Assembly (NCBI GenBank): GCA_964016885.1
Contig: OZ024742.1
Span: 310,620,001 to 310,684,000 of the forward strand
Length of the DNA: 64,000 nt
Source of the DNA: Eledone cirrhosa
Taxonomy: Eukaryota
Direction of reading: 5' to 3'
Of this stretch, positions 25,026 to 39,167 are shown piece after piece (within the stretch, counting starts at the first letter, position 1; every line of letters starts with the position of its first letter). The position numbers were made by a program, and so were the translations under genes. The notes below the pieces were generated by a model. That model did no database searches. It was not told the origin of the DNA and saw nothing but the letters and a program-made list of their open reading frames with translations.

Positions 25026-26465
25026 TGCCTACGAAAAAGAATTTTCATAGGTCACTCCCACTCATTCCGTCTTCTTCTTCCTCAATCGTCACTACAGCAG
25101 AGAGAAGATTGTCTCTCTCCCTCCCTTCTCTAAATGTGTCTCTCTCCCTCCCTTCTCTTTCGCAAGCGACGCCAGAAAAGAAAAATCACGTGCAAAGCGT
25201 GCAAGATTTCTCTACGACGACGACGAAAAAGGTGTGCGGGAAATACGAAAACCCATTCGTCTGACGTCAGGAATAATAGCAGTAGCAGCCGTAATAACAG
25301 CAGCAGCAGCAACAGTGACAAGGAAAACAACAGTAGCAGCCGCAACAGCATCAGCAGCAGCATAAACAACAACAGCATTAGCAGCAACAACAACAACAAC
25401 CACAGCAACAGCGGCGGCGGCAGTAGTCGTAGTACCTGCAGCAACAACAAAAGTAACACAGCTCTGACGACGACAACAACAACAACAACAACAGCAAAGA
25501 AAAACCAATTTCGTTTGCAGGTATCGCAAAGAACCTGGAAACCATCCTCATAACAAATGAGGAATTAGAGGAAGCGAAGAAGATGGTGACAAAAACTGGA
25601 CACCGAGCAATCTGCAAGGCAGCCGAAAACCTTTTCGAAACCCAACAGCACTGTACGGTCTCGTACCGTACAGTAAGCACAAAATCCCGTAGGGTTGAAA
25701 GAGCCACAAAGGCTCAAATACAAAAAGCCTTAGGGTCTGTGTGGCAGCGGAAAACGCACATCACCCGAGGCAAGAAATATTCCACCGTAGACGTGCGTTT
25801 TGCCACACCCCAGGAGTGACCCTAAGGAGCGAGGAAATGGTGTTGGTGTCCTCCTACTGCGGGCAAACAATTGTGAGGGTCAAACTGACCCACGTCCCCC
25901 CCCCGGAATGACCCCTTCTTGGCTGGCCGCGTCTGTCCTCGTCGGAATCGAGGACAAAACAACTGTACTGCAAGTACAGAAAAAAGTAAGAGAAGATTGG
26001 GTCGGCACCTCCATTGAGATGTTAATCCAAACCAACCAGGAGTGCATTGAAGCTATCCCGGATGTGATAGACTTCGATAATGGCACTCAACTGCCCATAA
26101 GTGTTGAGGGCAAACGCCCGAAATGCTTTCGCTGTGGATCGAAGACTCACCTCAGGGCCTTCTGCAACGAGAAGACCCTGAGAAAGGAGAAAACCCCCCT
26201 CCTTCCGAAACCGGCTCCACGGCTACCAGCAACAGGACAAGCGGCTACCAGGAACGATAGGTCCGTGACACCCATACCCACGCCACGGAAATCAAGAACA
26301 GCAGCAGCAGTGGAAGTATTAACAACAACAACAGCAATACCAAATGCAGCTGCAACAGAGACTCCAGTGCAAACATCACCAACAACAACAAGTGAAAGAG
26401 TGGAGCTGGTACCCCTCCCCGACCTCACAGAATCAGACATGAAGTGTGAGGTGGGAGAGCGATGA
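25026..26465 (+). pseudogene. Tx1/L1 ORF1 (gag-like), disrupted
   Basis: CCHC knuckle CFRCGSKTHLRAFC in the 25800-26465 frame; upstream pieces in other frames; low-complexity linkers; start position uncertain. Confidence 0.75.
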
Positions 26466-27145
26466 CAAAAGGTCGTAAGAAGGCACAAACGCAGAAGCAG
26501 CGCATCGTCGCCTTCGAAAAGGGAGGAAAGAAATGAAAAAAGGGTAAAGGCTACTGCAAAGAGACTCACAGCAGCAACACCACCAACACCATCACCACCC
26601 ACACTAGCACCACCATCACCACCGGCGACAACCCCACCTCCAACAACAACAACACCTTCAACACCACCACCACAAGCACCAACATCGCAAACACAACAAC
26701 AAAACACACACACCCAACAATAACGACAAGAAAATAGCAGAACCATACCCCACCCCCCGAAAAACAAATGCACGGCAATAAATACACACAACAAGAAACT
26801 AATGACTTACATAATTGAACACACAGACATTTCACAGCACGACTACATAATACCAGCACCAATCAAAACGCCAACGAACATAAGACTGCTAAAAATAGCA
26901 TAGAAACAATACACAAACATTAAAACGAAATTCACCAACGAAGTTGGTGATTTCAGAGACCTAGGAGGGACTCTCAACCGGAGAGTATATTCGGACATAC
27001 TCATAGAAGAGCCGACGACCAGCCGAAGTGACGATTCAACGGTCCCTTCACCAGACGATCAAGTGAAAAGGGATGGAGAAACCGTCCTTCCTCTACGAAA
27101 AGTACGGTAAGTGGTCTTTCCCATCTTTTCCACTCTATTTTAAAC

Positions 27146-30100
27146 ATGACCTCACTCAGAATAGGCAGCATAAATGCGCGTGGCTTGGGGTCGTCATGGA
27201 AGCAGGGTCACCTGCTCAACGACCTCAGGTCACTAAACATAGATGTAGTGGCCATCAGCGAGACCAGAATCACCGATGCACGGGCCTTCGCACCGATCTT
27301 CGGCGGCTACGATGTGTACGCATCTCCCAGCCGTCCGGGATAGGGGGGAGGAGTTGCTGTGCTTTTCGGAGAGGTTTGGATCTCGCCATACGGGCCATCT
27401 TCCTGGACCCAGAAGGTAAGTTGGTGGTGCTGGACGTGACCAGCGGAGACGGGCAATGTTTCAGGCTAGTGGCTGTCTATGCCCCAACAGCAGCAGGGCA
27501 GCCAGATTTCTTCCGGCGTCTGGAGAACTTTCTTGGAACATCCCGCTCTTTAGTGTTAGTGGGCGACTGGAACGGGATCTTAGATGCACGCTGGGACTGT
27601 GTGGGATTAGCGGATAGGGGAGGAGGGTGCAAGAGCCTCACCAACCTGCTCAGGCGTTTTGAACTGTCTGACAGGTACCGATCGGATTTCCCGAATGTGC
27701 CAATGTGGACTTGGACAAATCGCATAAGATCATCCAGATCATATCTAGATAGAGTATTTTGTAGGGAAATAGATAGGTCTAGCATAGGCTGTCCACAATT
27801 CTAGATAACAGCTACACGGACCACAAATTAGTGATCTGTGTGCTTGACTTAGATAGGCTTCATAGACGAGTACTTGGCTACTGGAAGCTAAACGCGTCCT
27901 TACCAGCACGCAAGGCCTACAGAGACCGGATTAGCGAACTAGTTAAGCGGGCGTTGACGGGGGCCATCATCAACAACAAGTGGTGGTTTGCTCTGAAAAG
28001 AGCGATTAGAATAGAGTCCATTAGGTTTAGTAAGGCTTTAGCAATAGAGAAAAATAGAGCAGGGAGAATTAGTTAGAAAATTAGACGAGGCGCTTAGCAA
28101 AGGCATCGCGACCGATGTACTTACGGCGAAATTGGCTCTTGACCAATTCTTCAATGCAAAGCACGAAGGCTGCGTTGTCAGAGCTAGGGTGCGTGATCTC
28201 AGACACGAGGGGACGCAAGCCGTTCAATGGGCCCGAGTGGCGAAGGCGCGTCGTGGCAACAAAGCCACGATCCGGTCTTTGGTGGACCACGACGGGCGCA
28301 TGCTACTCGATCCCGGGCAAATGTGTGAAGCTTTTCAGCGACACTTCGCACAGCTGTTCGGAGGCAGCGGCGGGCCGGATCGAGGGATGAACTTTAGTGT
28401 TTACCTCGACGTACTGCCGCGGCTCTCGCCCACTGAGGCGGAGTGTTGCGAAAAGCCGATAACAGCCGCTGATGTACGGGAAGAAATGACTGGCTGCACA
28501 AGGGGTAAATCGCCTGGTTTGGATGGTCTGTCCTATGAATTTTACGTACAGATGCCAGACTTGTTCGGAGGCCTCTTGCCGGACGTCTACTGCAACTGGC
28601 AACAGAACGGGAGAATTCCCAGCTCTGTGAGCCGAGGAGCGGTGGCACTGCTGAGAAAGGATACGAACAAGGGGGATAACATAGATAATTTCAGGCCCAT
28701 AACTCTGCTAAACACAGAGTTCAAGATTTTGGCCAAGGTGCTAGCAAAGAGGTTGGCGCTTGTCGTTGGTGGTCTGGTGGGAGAGGCGCAGACATGCGCC
28801 ATTCCCGACAGATCCATCCACGACAATCTCCACCTCATGCGATACATCGTAGAGAGGGTAGCTAGGGAACCTGGCACGGGTGGGTCTTTGATCAATTTAG
28901 ATCAGTCGAAAGCTTTCGATAGGGTTGACCATCGTTACCTAGCGGCAGTCCTGAGGGCGGCTGGATTTGGGCCCGTCTTCAGAGGCTGGATCGCTGCCAT
29001 GCACAGCGACATCTGCTCTGTGGTGAAAGTGAACGGTCACCTTTCGGAACCGTTCAACATCATGTGCTCGGTCCGCCAAGGATGTCCCCTCTCGTCCCTC
29101 TTGTACGTATTGACTCTCGAGCCATTACTGCACAAACTGGAGACGTTGAGGGGCGTCCCGCGTGAACTAGGATGTGGAAGATCCGTGTCAGCATATGCGG
29201 ACGATGTCACCGTAGTGGTGTCGAACGCCAAACACATTGAGGCGATCGGCACTACACTAAGAGAATACGAAGCGGTGACAGGAGCAATGATCAACCAGGA
29301 AAAGTCAGTGAGCCTGCAGCTCGGCACCTGGAGAGGCAGGTCCATGCCATCCAACAGCGTCGTCGGACGCTGGACGGACGGACCGGTTAAATTGCTAGGG
29401 GTCTGGTTCGGTCCGGAACTCCAGACGGACAAAAACTGTGACGAGGTGACGAGCAGGGTGGCCTCTCTCACCCAGAAATGGGCGGAGAGGAAGCTATCCC
29501 TGAAAGGTCGAGCGGAGGTGGCTAACGCGTACATCGCGTCTGTCATCTGCTACCGCCTGACCGTCGTACCTTGTCCGTTTGCTTTTTCGCTTTTTGTGGA
29601 AGGGACCCGCTCCGATGGTCAGGCGGTCAATCTGCTGTCAACACCCGCCACGTGGAGGGCTGGGAATTCCGTGGCTGATGATGCGCAGACACGCGCTCCA
29701 GCTACGACATCTCCACCTCTTCCTCGACGGTGATCAGGTGTGGTCGCCGTTTGCTAGACACGTATTTCCCCAGCTCGTTTCCTTGACGGAGCTGCAGTCC
29801 TGGGTCAAGCGAAGACCGAGAGGGAGCGCTTGGAGACTGGAATGTCTTCAGGCGCTCACAGCCTTCGACTAATCGGGCAATGTAATCGGTGGAACTCCAC
29901 CTCAGCGTTCTATAGAGGATTAGTGGAGGGGAAGAATGACGACGTACTTGGGGAAACTCTAGGCGTCGACGAAAATCAACTAGCCAATCTCTTCGGAAGA
30001 ACTTTCGGACCGGGAATTATGGACAACTTCCAGAAATCTCTGGCCTGGCAGTGCTACCGAGGAGCCTTGCCAGTTCGGGATAAACTCTACAGGCATGGAG

Positions 30101-30534
30101 GTGCCGTCAGCCGGGCATATCCGAGATGCGCGCAGGGCGACGAAACCGTCCTGCACGCACTCGTCCAGGGTCCGAAAATTGCTGACTTGTGGGTTTATGT
30201 CGAACACCTGCTGTCGCGTGTAGGACGGATTCGGCTATCATCTGAGTCCATCGTGAGGATTGCCCCGCCCTCTTCCTTTAGCCGGGAAGGGCAGGCAGTT
30301 TTTATCTGTCTGGTGACCATCGCGAAAGAGATAGTATGGTGGACACGTTTGAAAGGGCTGAAGACGAGCACTTACCTCTTCGGTGATGCCCTGATTGACC
30401 TTTTCAAATTTCATTTGAAAAGGAAAATCAGAGTAGAGAGGGAAGTGCTCTATTCCCAGCATTTTGTTGAAAGATGGGTGAGAGAAGCAAGAATGGCCCG
30501 AGTGAATGGGCCTACTCTGAGTACGTATCTGTAA
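27146..30534 (+). pseudogene. Tx1/L1 ORF2: AP endonuclease, reverse transcriptase, C-terminal Zn region; frameshifted
   Basis: SINARGL, ISETR, VYAP, GDWN, YLDRV (APE); KSPGLDG, RPITLLN, LDQSKAFDRV, VRQGCPLS, YADD (RT); ETVLH C-terminal motif; split across five ORFs. Confidence 0.93.
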
Positions 30535-30782
30535 ATTAGAGGTGGAAAACTGGGAGAGGGCACTTGCCTTGGTGGTCAGGGTCACTGTGGCCTTTTACTA
30601 GGCTTTCTGCACAAATGTCCCTCCGAAGGCTCCCCCCTATTGGGGAATTTTTCATTGTTATTTTTTGTTACACCCTTTTTTATTTGTTTTTTACACGCAG
30701 AAATGCCAATTTGTACCATCCTGTATTGCCCTGCACTGTCCTTAATGTCTACTTTATGTAAACCCTTGTGGTTAATAAAGAA

Positions 30783-30844
<62 letters not shown>

Positions 30845-31147
30845 GTTTAAAATATCTCAGATATGAAGTAATTTACACAGCAATGTTCTATTTAAGAACT
30901 TTTTTTGTCTCTGTACTTTTCTGCCCTCACTTCGTGTCATCTCATATTGTTGTGCTTTTGTTTTGAATTATTTTCCCTCTCTCTCATTTTCGGTCTCTTT
31001 CTCCTCCCACATTCCATGTTTCTCATTTTAGTTCGTTAGATTTTTGCGTAAGACACGCACATATGAAACACAATTTGTACGAGAAATTCCGTAGCTTCCA
31101 AATAATATTCAAAACAAAAATATAACAAGGAACCACACACATACACA

Positions 31148-31202
<55 letters not shown>

Positions 31203-31307
31203 CTCTATCTCTCTCTCTCTCTCTCTCTCCATCGTTTTACATGTATTATATTATGTATGCGTGATCTTGTGTATATACGTATACAACGGTCACATAAATT
31301 CAGAATA

Positions 31308-31379
<72 letters not shown>

Positions 31380-32021
31380 CTATAACATCAACTAAATACA
31401 CACCCACGAAATGCACTCTATCTGCTCACACATATCAGTACTACTGATACAACTGAACTCTCAACCTCCCCCCCCCCCCCTTTCCCACATGCCAAACTAC
31501 TTCACTGCCCTCCTTACTGATCTTACAAAGCTCTCTTTTTTTAACTTCCCAATCTCCCCTCTCTCTCTCCGAACTACGCACTTTCCCGATGAAAGACTAA
31601 CTTCCGATACGTTGAACCATTTATTTATCTTCATTCCTGAATGTCAAACTAATAGAATTTTGTGTTCGTCTTGTTATTCTTGAACTATATATATATATAT
31701 ATATATATATATTTGGGTTTTGAAATTTAAATTTGTCTACGGAACAGGTTTGGGTTTTAAAATTTAAATTTGTCCATGTATCACGGCTATTGCCAATATG
31801 GGTTTGTTTTTATTGATTTATTATTTTAAATCGAGACAGGCAAACTGTATTAATCTAATTAGTATTTTTCAATTCAGCTAACTTGGTCATTTGCAATAGA
31901 AACACTTATATACTTGTATTAGTGCTTATCATATATTAATTTATATTAACTTGTATTTCACGGCTCAGAAATACTTCTTTCTTTGAGCTATTTAATTGTA
32001 AAAGACTGTTTGAGTTTATAA

Positions 32022-32069
<48 letters not shown>

Positions 32070-32073
<4 letters not shown>

Positions 32074-32118
32074 ATATGTGCGTTATGGTCTACCTGGTAT
32101 TTTACCACGCCCTATCTG

Positions 32119-32119
<1 letters not shown>
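32070..32119 (+). mobile_element. Short family A tail fragment
   Basis: gtgcgttatggtctacctggtattttaccac matches 57369-57399. Confidence 0.6.
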
Positions 32120-32151
<32 letters not shown>

Positions 32152-32208
32152 AAGAGATAGTTAGATAGATAGAGAGAGAGTTGGATCGATAGAGAGAGAG
32201 AAAGGGGG

Positions 32209-32372
32209 ATGTAAAATCCCGACTGCGGCGCCAAATGGTTTCGGCTTGTGTGTCAGCAACACTTTTCAAGGCGCCACGGTCGGGATTTTACATTTCTCTA
32301 TACCCACGCTGCATTTCCCAATGCATTGAGTACTCACAATACTTAATGGTCTTCTCGGTCTCTGCACCGCAC
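32209..32372. mobile_element. Inverted PLE terminus with U3-A8 hammerhead (32227-32275, minus)
   Basis: Arms atgtaaaatcccgactgcggcgcc / ggcgccacggtcgggattttacat around TTGAAAA...GAAA-ccat-TT; tail with TTGAGTACT. Confidence 0.6.
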
Positions 32373-32401
32373 TCTCTCTCTCTCTCCCTCTCTCTCTCTC
32401 T

Positions 32402-32454
<53 letters not shown>

Positions 32455-32832
32455 GACCTAATATAACTGTGTAAAATTGACTCCTGTGTTTTCTTTGTTT
32501 CATATAATATCTATGATACCAACCGTGACTAACACCACTGAAACGTTTCGTGAAATAGCCTTTTAAGACTATATAGTGCATTTGTAGATTTTCCTCTTGT
32601 AGTATTTCCTCTTGATTTTATTTTCAGTTAAGATTCTATTAGATTTTTCCCCAGATTACACAAAGTCTGAGGATGAAATTTTTCTTCTTGACTTGTTTTG
32701 AATTAAGATTGAATTATTTTCCCATATCTTACGTTAAATATTTTACATCTTGATGTTATAGTCACTTATTGTTATGTCTGAATTACTGTCGGCTCCTTGC
32801 TTACATTAATTTCTCTACTTTTCATTTATATA

Positions 32833-32897
<65 letters not shown>

Positions 32898-32985
32898 ATG
32901 TATATATATATATATGTGTATATTTACATAGAACTCATAACATTAAGTTCATATGTAGATATGTCATTATCTGTGAATTGTATTG

Positions 32986-33046
32986 TATTTTATCTGACGA
33001 TAGCGTACCAAAATACTGGTACACTTGAAATATATATAATAAAATA
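32986..33046 (+). ncRNA. Type I minimal hammerhead motif (family B)
   Basis: tattttat-CTGACGA-tagcgtacca...tggtacactt-GAAA-tatata-TA-ataaaata. Confidence 0.7.
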
Positions 33047-33479
33047 AATATGCTTTTATAAAGATAGTTTCCATTTATTAATATTGATATATATATATAT
33101 ATATATATCTGACCATCAAATGATGCTCCGTCACCCCCAACACCTCCCAAATCCACTCTCAATCTATTATATTGCTTTTACCATTCACTATTTCTTTCAG
33201 CTCTTGAGCTTATATATGCTTTACTTCCTTTAAATCTTCATCAACACTCATTCACTCCCACATTCATTAACCCCCCACCCCTCAGACCACACACACCCAT
33301 ATATAGAGTCACACATCACAACGCAACCTTAGATCAGTTTGACAATCGCCACCGACGAATGCGAAAAGGTTCTCTAAGAAAGTTAACCAGGAATCTTGAA
33401 AAAAACACCCTACCGAAATTAACAAAGAGCTTACTAGATCTACAAAATAAAATAGTAAAATTATAACATTATAAAATTA

Positions 33480-33671
33480 GGGCGGTGGTATGGCAGTATC
33501 GGTAGAAGGTTGGGCGCCATGTTTTGTCGCATAGAGTTACGGCCTTTTATGATCTGAGTTCAAATCCCGCCGTGGTTAACTTTGCCTTTCATCCTTACGG
33601 GGTCGATAAAATAAAGTACCATTAATACACTGGGATAATTGCAGGCCTTGTGCCAAAAGTAGAAACAATTA
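33480..33671 (+). mobile_element. SINE-1 copy
   Basis: TSD attataaaatta. Confidence 0.9.
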
Positions 33672-34052
33672 TAAAATTAAACTGTTTAGAACTACAAGTG
33701 AAGTCATTCTTTCTATCTAGGGCGGGTAAAATTCCTGATTACAACAGTGACTCTATAAAAGGAAAGCACAATCAATCCTAGGCGGTCATCTTTGTTTTTA
33801 TTTTTCTCATGATAGGCTGAACGAGTGACTAACCCACTGAAAAGTTTCGTGAAATAGCCTTTTAAAACTATATAGTTCATTTGTAGATTTTCCCAAATTG
33901 ACGGATAAGTATTTGACGGATAAGTATAAGAACCCAACGAAACATGAGTACCTGTTTATGTCACTGTTGTAATTATTTATACTAAACTCGTCCTATAGAC
34001 TGAGTGCTCTTACTCTCTTACTCTTGAATATTTCCACTTAACTTATACTTCA

Positions 34053-34111
<59 letters not shown>

Positions 34112-34509
34112 CCCTTTTTTTTTTCTTAAAGACAGAATTGAGACACAATTGTATAAGCGTTCAGAAAATCTCCTGGGCTCAGAAATATAAATTTGATTGA
34201 TGTCGTACTTCAGCAGTCTTAAAATAACTGTTAACAGTTGACTGGCAGTTATATACTATTAATATGTGGGGAATAAGATGAGAAATATATTTACTACAAA
34301 CAGGCATTCTCATACTAATGTGATATTTTTTCTTTTAAGCTCTTTTCTTATATCCTTCTGAATGTATTATTTTTCATTCTCTCATATGCAAACAAATATT
34401 CCATGCATCTAATATTGTCACGTCGCCTTCATATATAACTTCGAATGAAATGCAAAAGTAACATACGCACACACACACACACACGCACACACGCACACAC
34501 ACACACACA

Positions 34510-34597
<88 letters not shown>

Positions 34598-35245
34598 GAT
34601 AGATATATATATATATATATGAATAAAGTTAGTCCTTCATCAGTGATCTTCCAACCATCATTGGTATTTCATCGCTTTAAAGACCATATACCCCCGGTTG
34701 GTGCAAGCAAAGGCTAAAAAAAGTCGTTGGGACACGTAATTAAAGGGGACACGAGTGTAAACAAACAAAATGGTGAAGCAACGGAAAGTATGGAAGAAGG
34801 AGTCAAGTCCCAAATTTCTATGAATTTAAATTCGGTGAAATCGTGAACGAGAGAGAATAAAGACCATCAAACCTGGTTGGAATGTAAGCAAGGAAGGAAT
34901 TCCGTACAGGTCTAACGGGAGGAAGAAGGGATCTAGTCTGTGATTTCGGTGAACGTAAGTTCTGTGAAATCGTAGACGAGAGAGAGAGAAAAAAAAGGCG
35001 ACTTGCCAGACCAAGGGTGCAAAAGAAAAGAATTACGCACAGGTCAAACGAGAAGAAGGAGGAGGAGGAGAGGTAGTAACAGAGAATGAGTGAGTGAAGG
35101 GTGAGGAAAAAGCTAACAGAGAGAGTGACTGCTAGAGAGGGTAAAGATACAGAGAAAGAGGAAGCAGTAAGAACGAAATAGACGTGTAACAGCGGGGAAT
35201 GTGTGTGTGTGTATGTGTGTGTGTGTATGTGTGTGTGTGTGTGTG

Positions 35246-35293
<48 letters not shown>

Positions 35294-35653
35294 TCAATAA
35301 TACTAATAAATGGAAACTATCTTTATAAAAGCATATTTATTTTATTATATATATTTCAAGGGTACCCAAATGTTATACATAGTGACATATCCAAAAACAA
35401 GAGCTTATCGTTTTAAGTTCTGTTTGAATAGTGAAAGAAATTCAAATCGTAGGATGAATATGTCAATGAGGATAACGTAAAGTTGAAAAAGATCGTTATA
35501 TTTAGACGCTAGGTAAATTAAAATAATTATTAGCATTATTTTTTAAGGGAAGAGGAGAGAGAGGTTAATATTAATATTAGGGTGTAAGAAAATTTAAGGA
35601 AAGATTATAAGAAAATAATATATTATAGTTAGAAATAGACTATTATTATTATA

Positions 35654-35846
35654 GGCCGGTGGATTGGCAGTATTGGTAGAGGGTCGGGCACCATGCTTTG
35701 AAGCATAGAGTTACCTCCCTTTATGATCTGAGTTCAAATCTCACCGAGGTTAACTTTGCCTTTCACCCTTACGGGGTCGATAAAATAAAGTACCAGTAAT
35801 GCACTGGGATGATTGCTGGTCTTGTGCCAAAAGTAGAAACAATTAT
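35654..35846 (+). mobile_element. SINE-1 inserted in left PLE arm
   Basis: Absent at the mirror position of the right arm. Confidence 0.9.
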
Positions 35847-36858
35847 TAATATATAATTGTATGTATCGTATTAGTGATGGTGTTAAGAGAGTGGAATAAT
35901 TAGATTTATTTGTTTAATTATATATTTTGGTGGTATTTATAATATAATATGAGAACTATAAATGTGTTGAAGTGGTAGAATATCAATTTTTAAAAAAATG
36001 AGAGATACTACTAATTATTGGGTCTATTCTAATAGTGAGTTTTAATATTATAGAGATAATATTTATAAGTATATTTTATGAAGAATTAGGGTTGTAAGTA
36101 TATTTTATTTTATTATATTACAACAGGTTATTTATATAAATATTTATATAAATAATTTTGGTGAGTATATATGTTGGTTTTTATTAATAGATAGATAATT
36201 TAAATATTTTTTTATATATAGATACGATGAATTTCCTGTTTACATTTTCAATATATATTTAAGCAAAAGGAAGTAGTTCTATTTTATTATAGAGGATTAT
36301 TTTGTTCATTCAATAGTTGCATCAAGAAAGGTATACATTTACAAAATTTACGAAGTTAACGAAATTATACAAAACAAATTTAATTTTTTGTAAAGTTTAG
36401 TTGTTACTTACAAGAAATGTGTAAGCGTATTACATTATAAAGGAGAAGATAACTCCAATATTTCTTAGTTAAAATAGTTAAGTTATATTTACCGTTTATT
36501 CTAGAATTTACTTTTAAAAATATTCTAATTAAGATATATGTAAAATATATGTAAAATAATGTTATATATTATTTTATATACGATTTTATAGTATCATATA
36601 TTACATATTTTCTAAAATAAAAATTCTTTTCTATATGTATTTAGATAGCATTCCTTATATCTATGCATATGTTAATGATATTCAGAAACATCATTAAAAC
36701 CATCACAGAAAAGATATATTTCAAAATATCATTTTAAAAAGTCATTTAAAAAGAATATCATTTAAAAAGAAAAATATCATTTAAAAAACAACACAAAACA
36801 CCAACAAAACATAGTGAAGACATATAAAATGTAAACAAGTGATAATAGATAATATTTT

Positions 36859-37767
36859 CTATAGATTATAGATACATCTGAACGTCTTAGATTGCCGATG
36901 TTTGCAGGAGTTGAATAATTCTTTCTTTTTATTTATAGAGTTTTGATTGGCAAGTATATGAAATATTTTCTCAATACACAAATGACAAATTCTTGAGAGA
37001 GCCATATTTCGGTATGCGGGCGCTTTCGAAATCGTTCCCCAAGAGATGGAATAGTCGGTATTATTGTCTATTAAGTACCAAATTAGATGTGAAAACGAAG
37101 TTGCAAATTTTTTGTCTGATCTATTAAATGTATGTTTGTGATTATACCAGCGTTCCTTAAATTTTGTAGAAGTGGCTCCTATATAGTTATATATTTTATC
37201 TCTATTTTTTATTGTGCCTTTATATACTAAATTTTTATCTATACAATTATTCTGTAAAGGGCAATTTAATTCGTTTCTACAGTTATATTTTCTAGAGTTG
37301 TTGTCTATAGGAACGGTACGATTATTATTAGTATTAATATTGTTATTAGTAATATTAATATTGTTATTTTGGTTTAGTTGGGTTGGGTTTAAATTTAAGT
37401 TTTTATTATTAATTCTATTAATATTTTGCGCTATGTTCATAGTAGTAGAGTAAAATAGTTTTATAGTATGCCTGTTAAAAATAGAGTGGTATCTATAGGA
37501 TTTAGGAAAACACTTATCTAATGCTTTGAAAAATATTTCTAGTTCTAGTTCTTTTGTTGATTTACTATTTATGTTAAATTGCTTATTATTATTATTATAG
37601 TAAATTTTAAGATGATTTTGCATGTTACTGTTATCTAAGTATTTAATTTTATTCATGTAGCCAGCTCTATGTAAAGCATCATTGTAATATTCTGCCTTAT
37701 TATCAAAAAATATTTTTGCTGGCTGAAATGCATGACATTCGTTGCTGGACACTATTGACAATAGCAT
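36859..37767 (-). pseudogene. Penelope-like ORF C-terminus with GIY-YIG endonuclease
   Basis: NCR...CPLQNNC, LVY...YIGAT...FKERWYNH, CHLC, ELFNSCKH; 5'-truncated. Confidence 0.88.
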
Positions 37768-37954
37768 TTTTGGGATGGTTAAAATGGAAGCTTACATAGG
37801 TTAGGTTTTCATTAATCTTTAAATTATCTATCTATTAATAAAAAACAACATATATACTCACCAAAATTATTTATATAAATATTTATATAAATGACCTGTT
37901 GTAATATAATAAAAGAAAATATACTTACAACCCTAATTCTTCATAAAATATACT

Positions 37955-38130
37955 TTGGCAGTATCAGTAGAGGGTCGGACATGCTTTCCAGCATAGTTAC
38001 GTCCCTTTACGATCTGAATTTAAATCCCACTGAGGTTAACTTTGCCTTTCATCATTACGGGGTCGATAAATAAAGTACCAGTAATGTACTGGGTAATTGC
38101 TGGCCTTGTGCCAAAAGTAGAAACAGTTAT
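37955..38130 (+). mobile_element. SINE-1 inserted in right PLE arm
   Basis: Absent at the mirror position of the left arm. Confidence 0.9.
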
Positions 38131-38630
38131 CTCTATATTAAAACTCACTATTAGAATAGACCCAATAGTTAGTAGTATCTATCATTTTTTTTAAATTGAT
38201 ATTCTACCACTTCAACACATTTATAATTCTCATATTATATTATAAATACCACCAAAATATATAATTATATAATTAAACAAATAAATATAATTATTTCACT
38301 CTCTTTACACCATCACTAATACGATACATAAAATTATATATTAATAATAATAGTCTATTTCTAACTATAATATATTTTTTTCTTATATTCTTTCCTTAAA
38401 TTTTCTTACACCCTAATATTAATATTAACCTCTCTCTCCTCTTCCCTTAAAAAATAATCCTAATAATTATTGAAATTTACCAGCGTCTAAATATAACGAT
38501 CTTTTTCAACTTTACGTTATCCTCATTAACACATTCATCCTAAGATTTGAATTTCTTTCACTATTCAAACAGAACTTAAAACGATAAGTTCTTGTTTTTG
38601 GATATGTCACCATGTATAAAACAACTTTTG

Positions 38631-38692
38631 TATTTTATCTAATGAGGGCGTACCAAAAATGTTGGTACCCTTGAAATATATATAATAAAATA
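38631..38692 (+). ncRNA. Family B hammerhead motif with core mutation (CTAATGA)
   Basis: tattttat-CTAATGA-gggcgtacc...ggtaccctt-GAAA-tatata-TA-ataaaata. Confidence 0.6.
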
Positions 38693-38826
38693 AATATGGT
38701 TTTATAAAGATGGTTTCCATTTATTAATATTATTGATATTATACTCCAGAAGGAAACTGTAGAGTGCTTTGAATCTGTTATAAATAAATTTTGTTGAATA
38801 ACCAACAAATTAAATATCTCTTTGCT

Positions 38827-39112
<286 letters not shown>

Positions 39113-39167
39113 TATTTACTACAAACAGGCATTCTCATACTAATATAAGCGTGTATATATATCGCTC

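Larger units (their letters stand above)
24809..30844 (+). mobile_element. Near full-length L1/Tx1-clade non-LTR retrotransposon in (ATT)n
   Basis: ORF1 with zinc knuckle, ORF2 with APE and RT; (ATT)7 at 24788-24808; AATAAA then (ATT)n tail at 30783-30844. Confidence 0.92.
35290..38826. mobile_element. Penelope-like element with long inverted pseudo-LTRs
   Basis: Inverted repeat about 35290-36205 / 37819-38737 flanking a GIY-YIG ORF; hammerhead; 3' tail ending in (TA)n. Confidence 0.85.

Noticed and set aside
25130-25553. Poly-L, poly-N/S and poly-A/V ORFs
   Set aside because: Alternative frames of CAA/CAG repeats within the LINE ORF1 region.
34620-35200. 159-aa minus-strand ORF
   Set aside because: Low-complexity purine/pyrimidine-biased sequence, probably a decayed repeat; no domain recognised.
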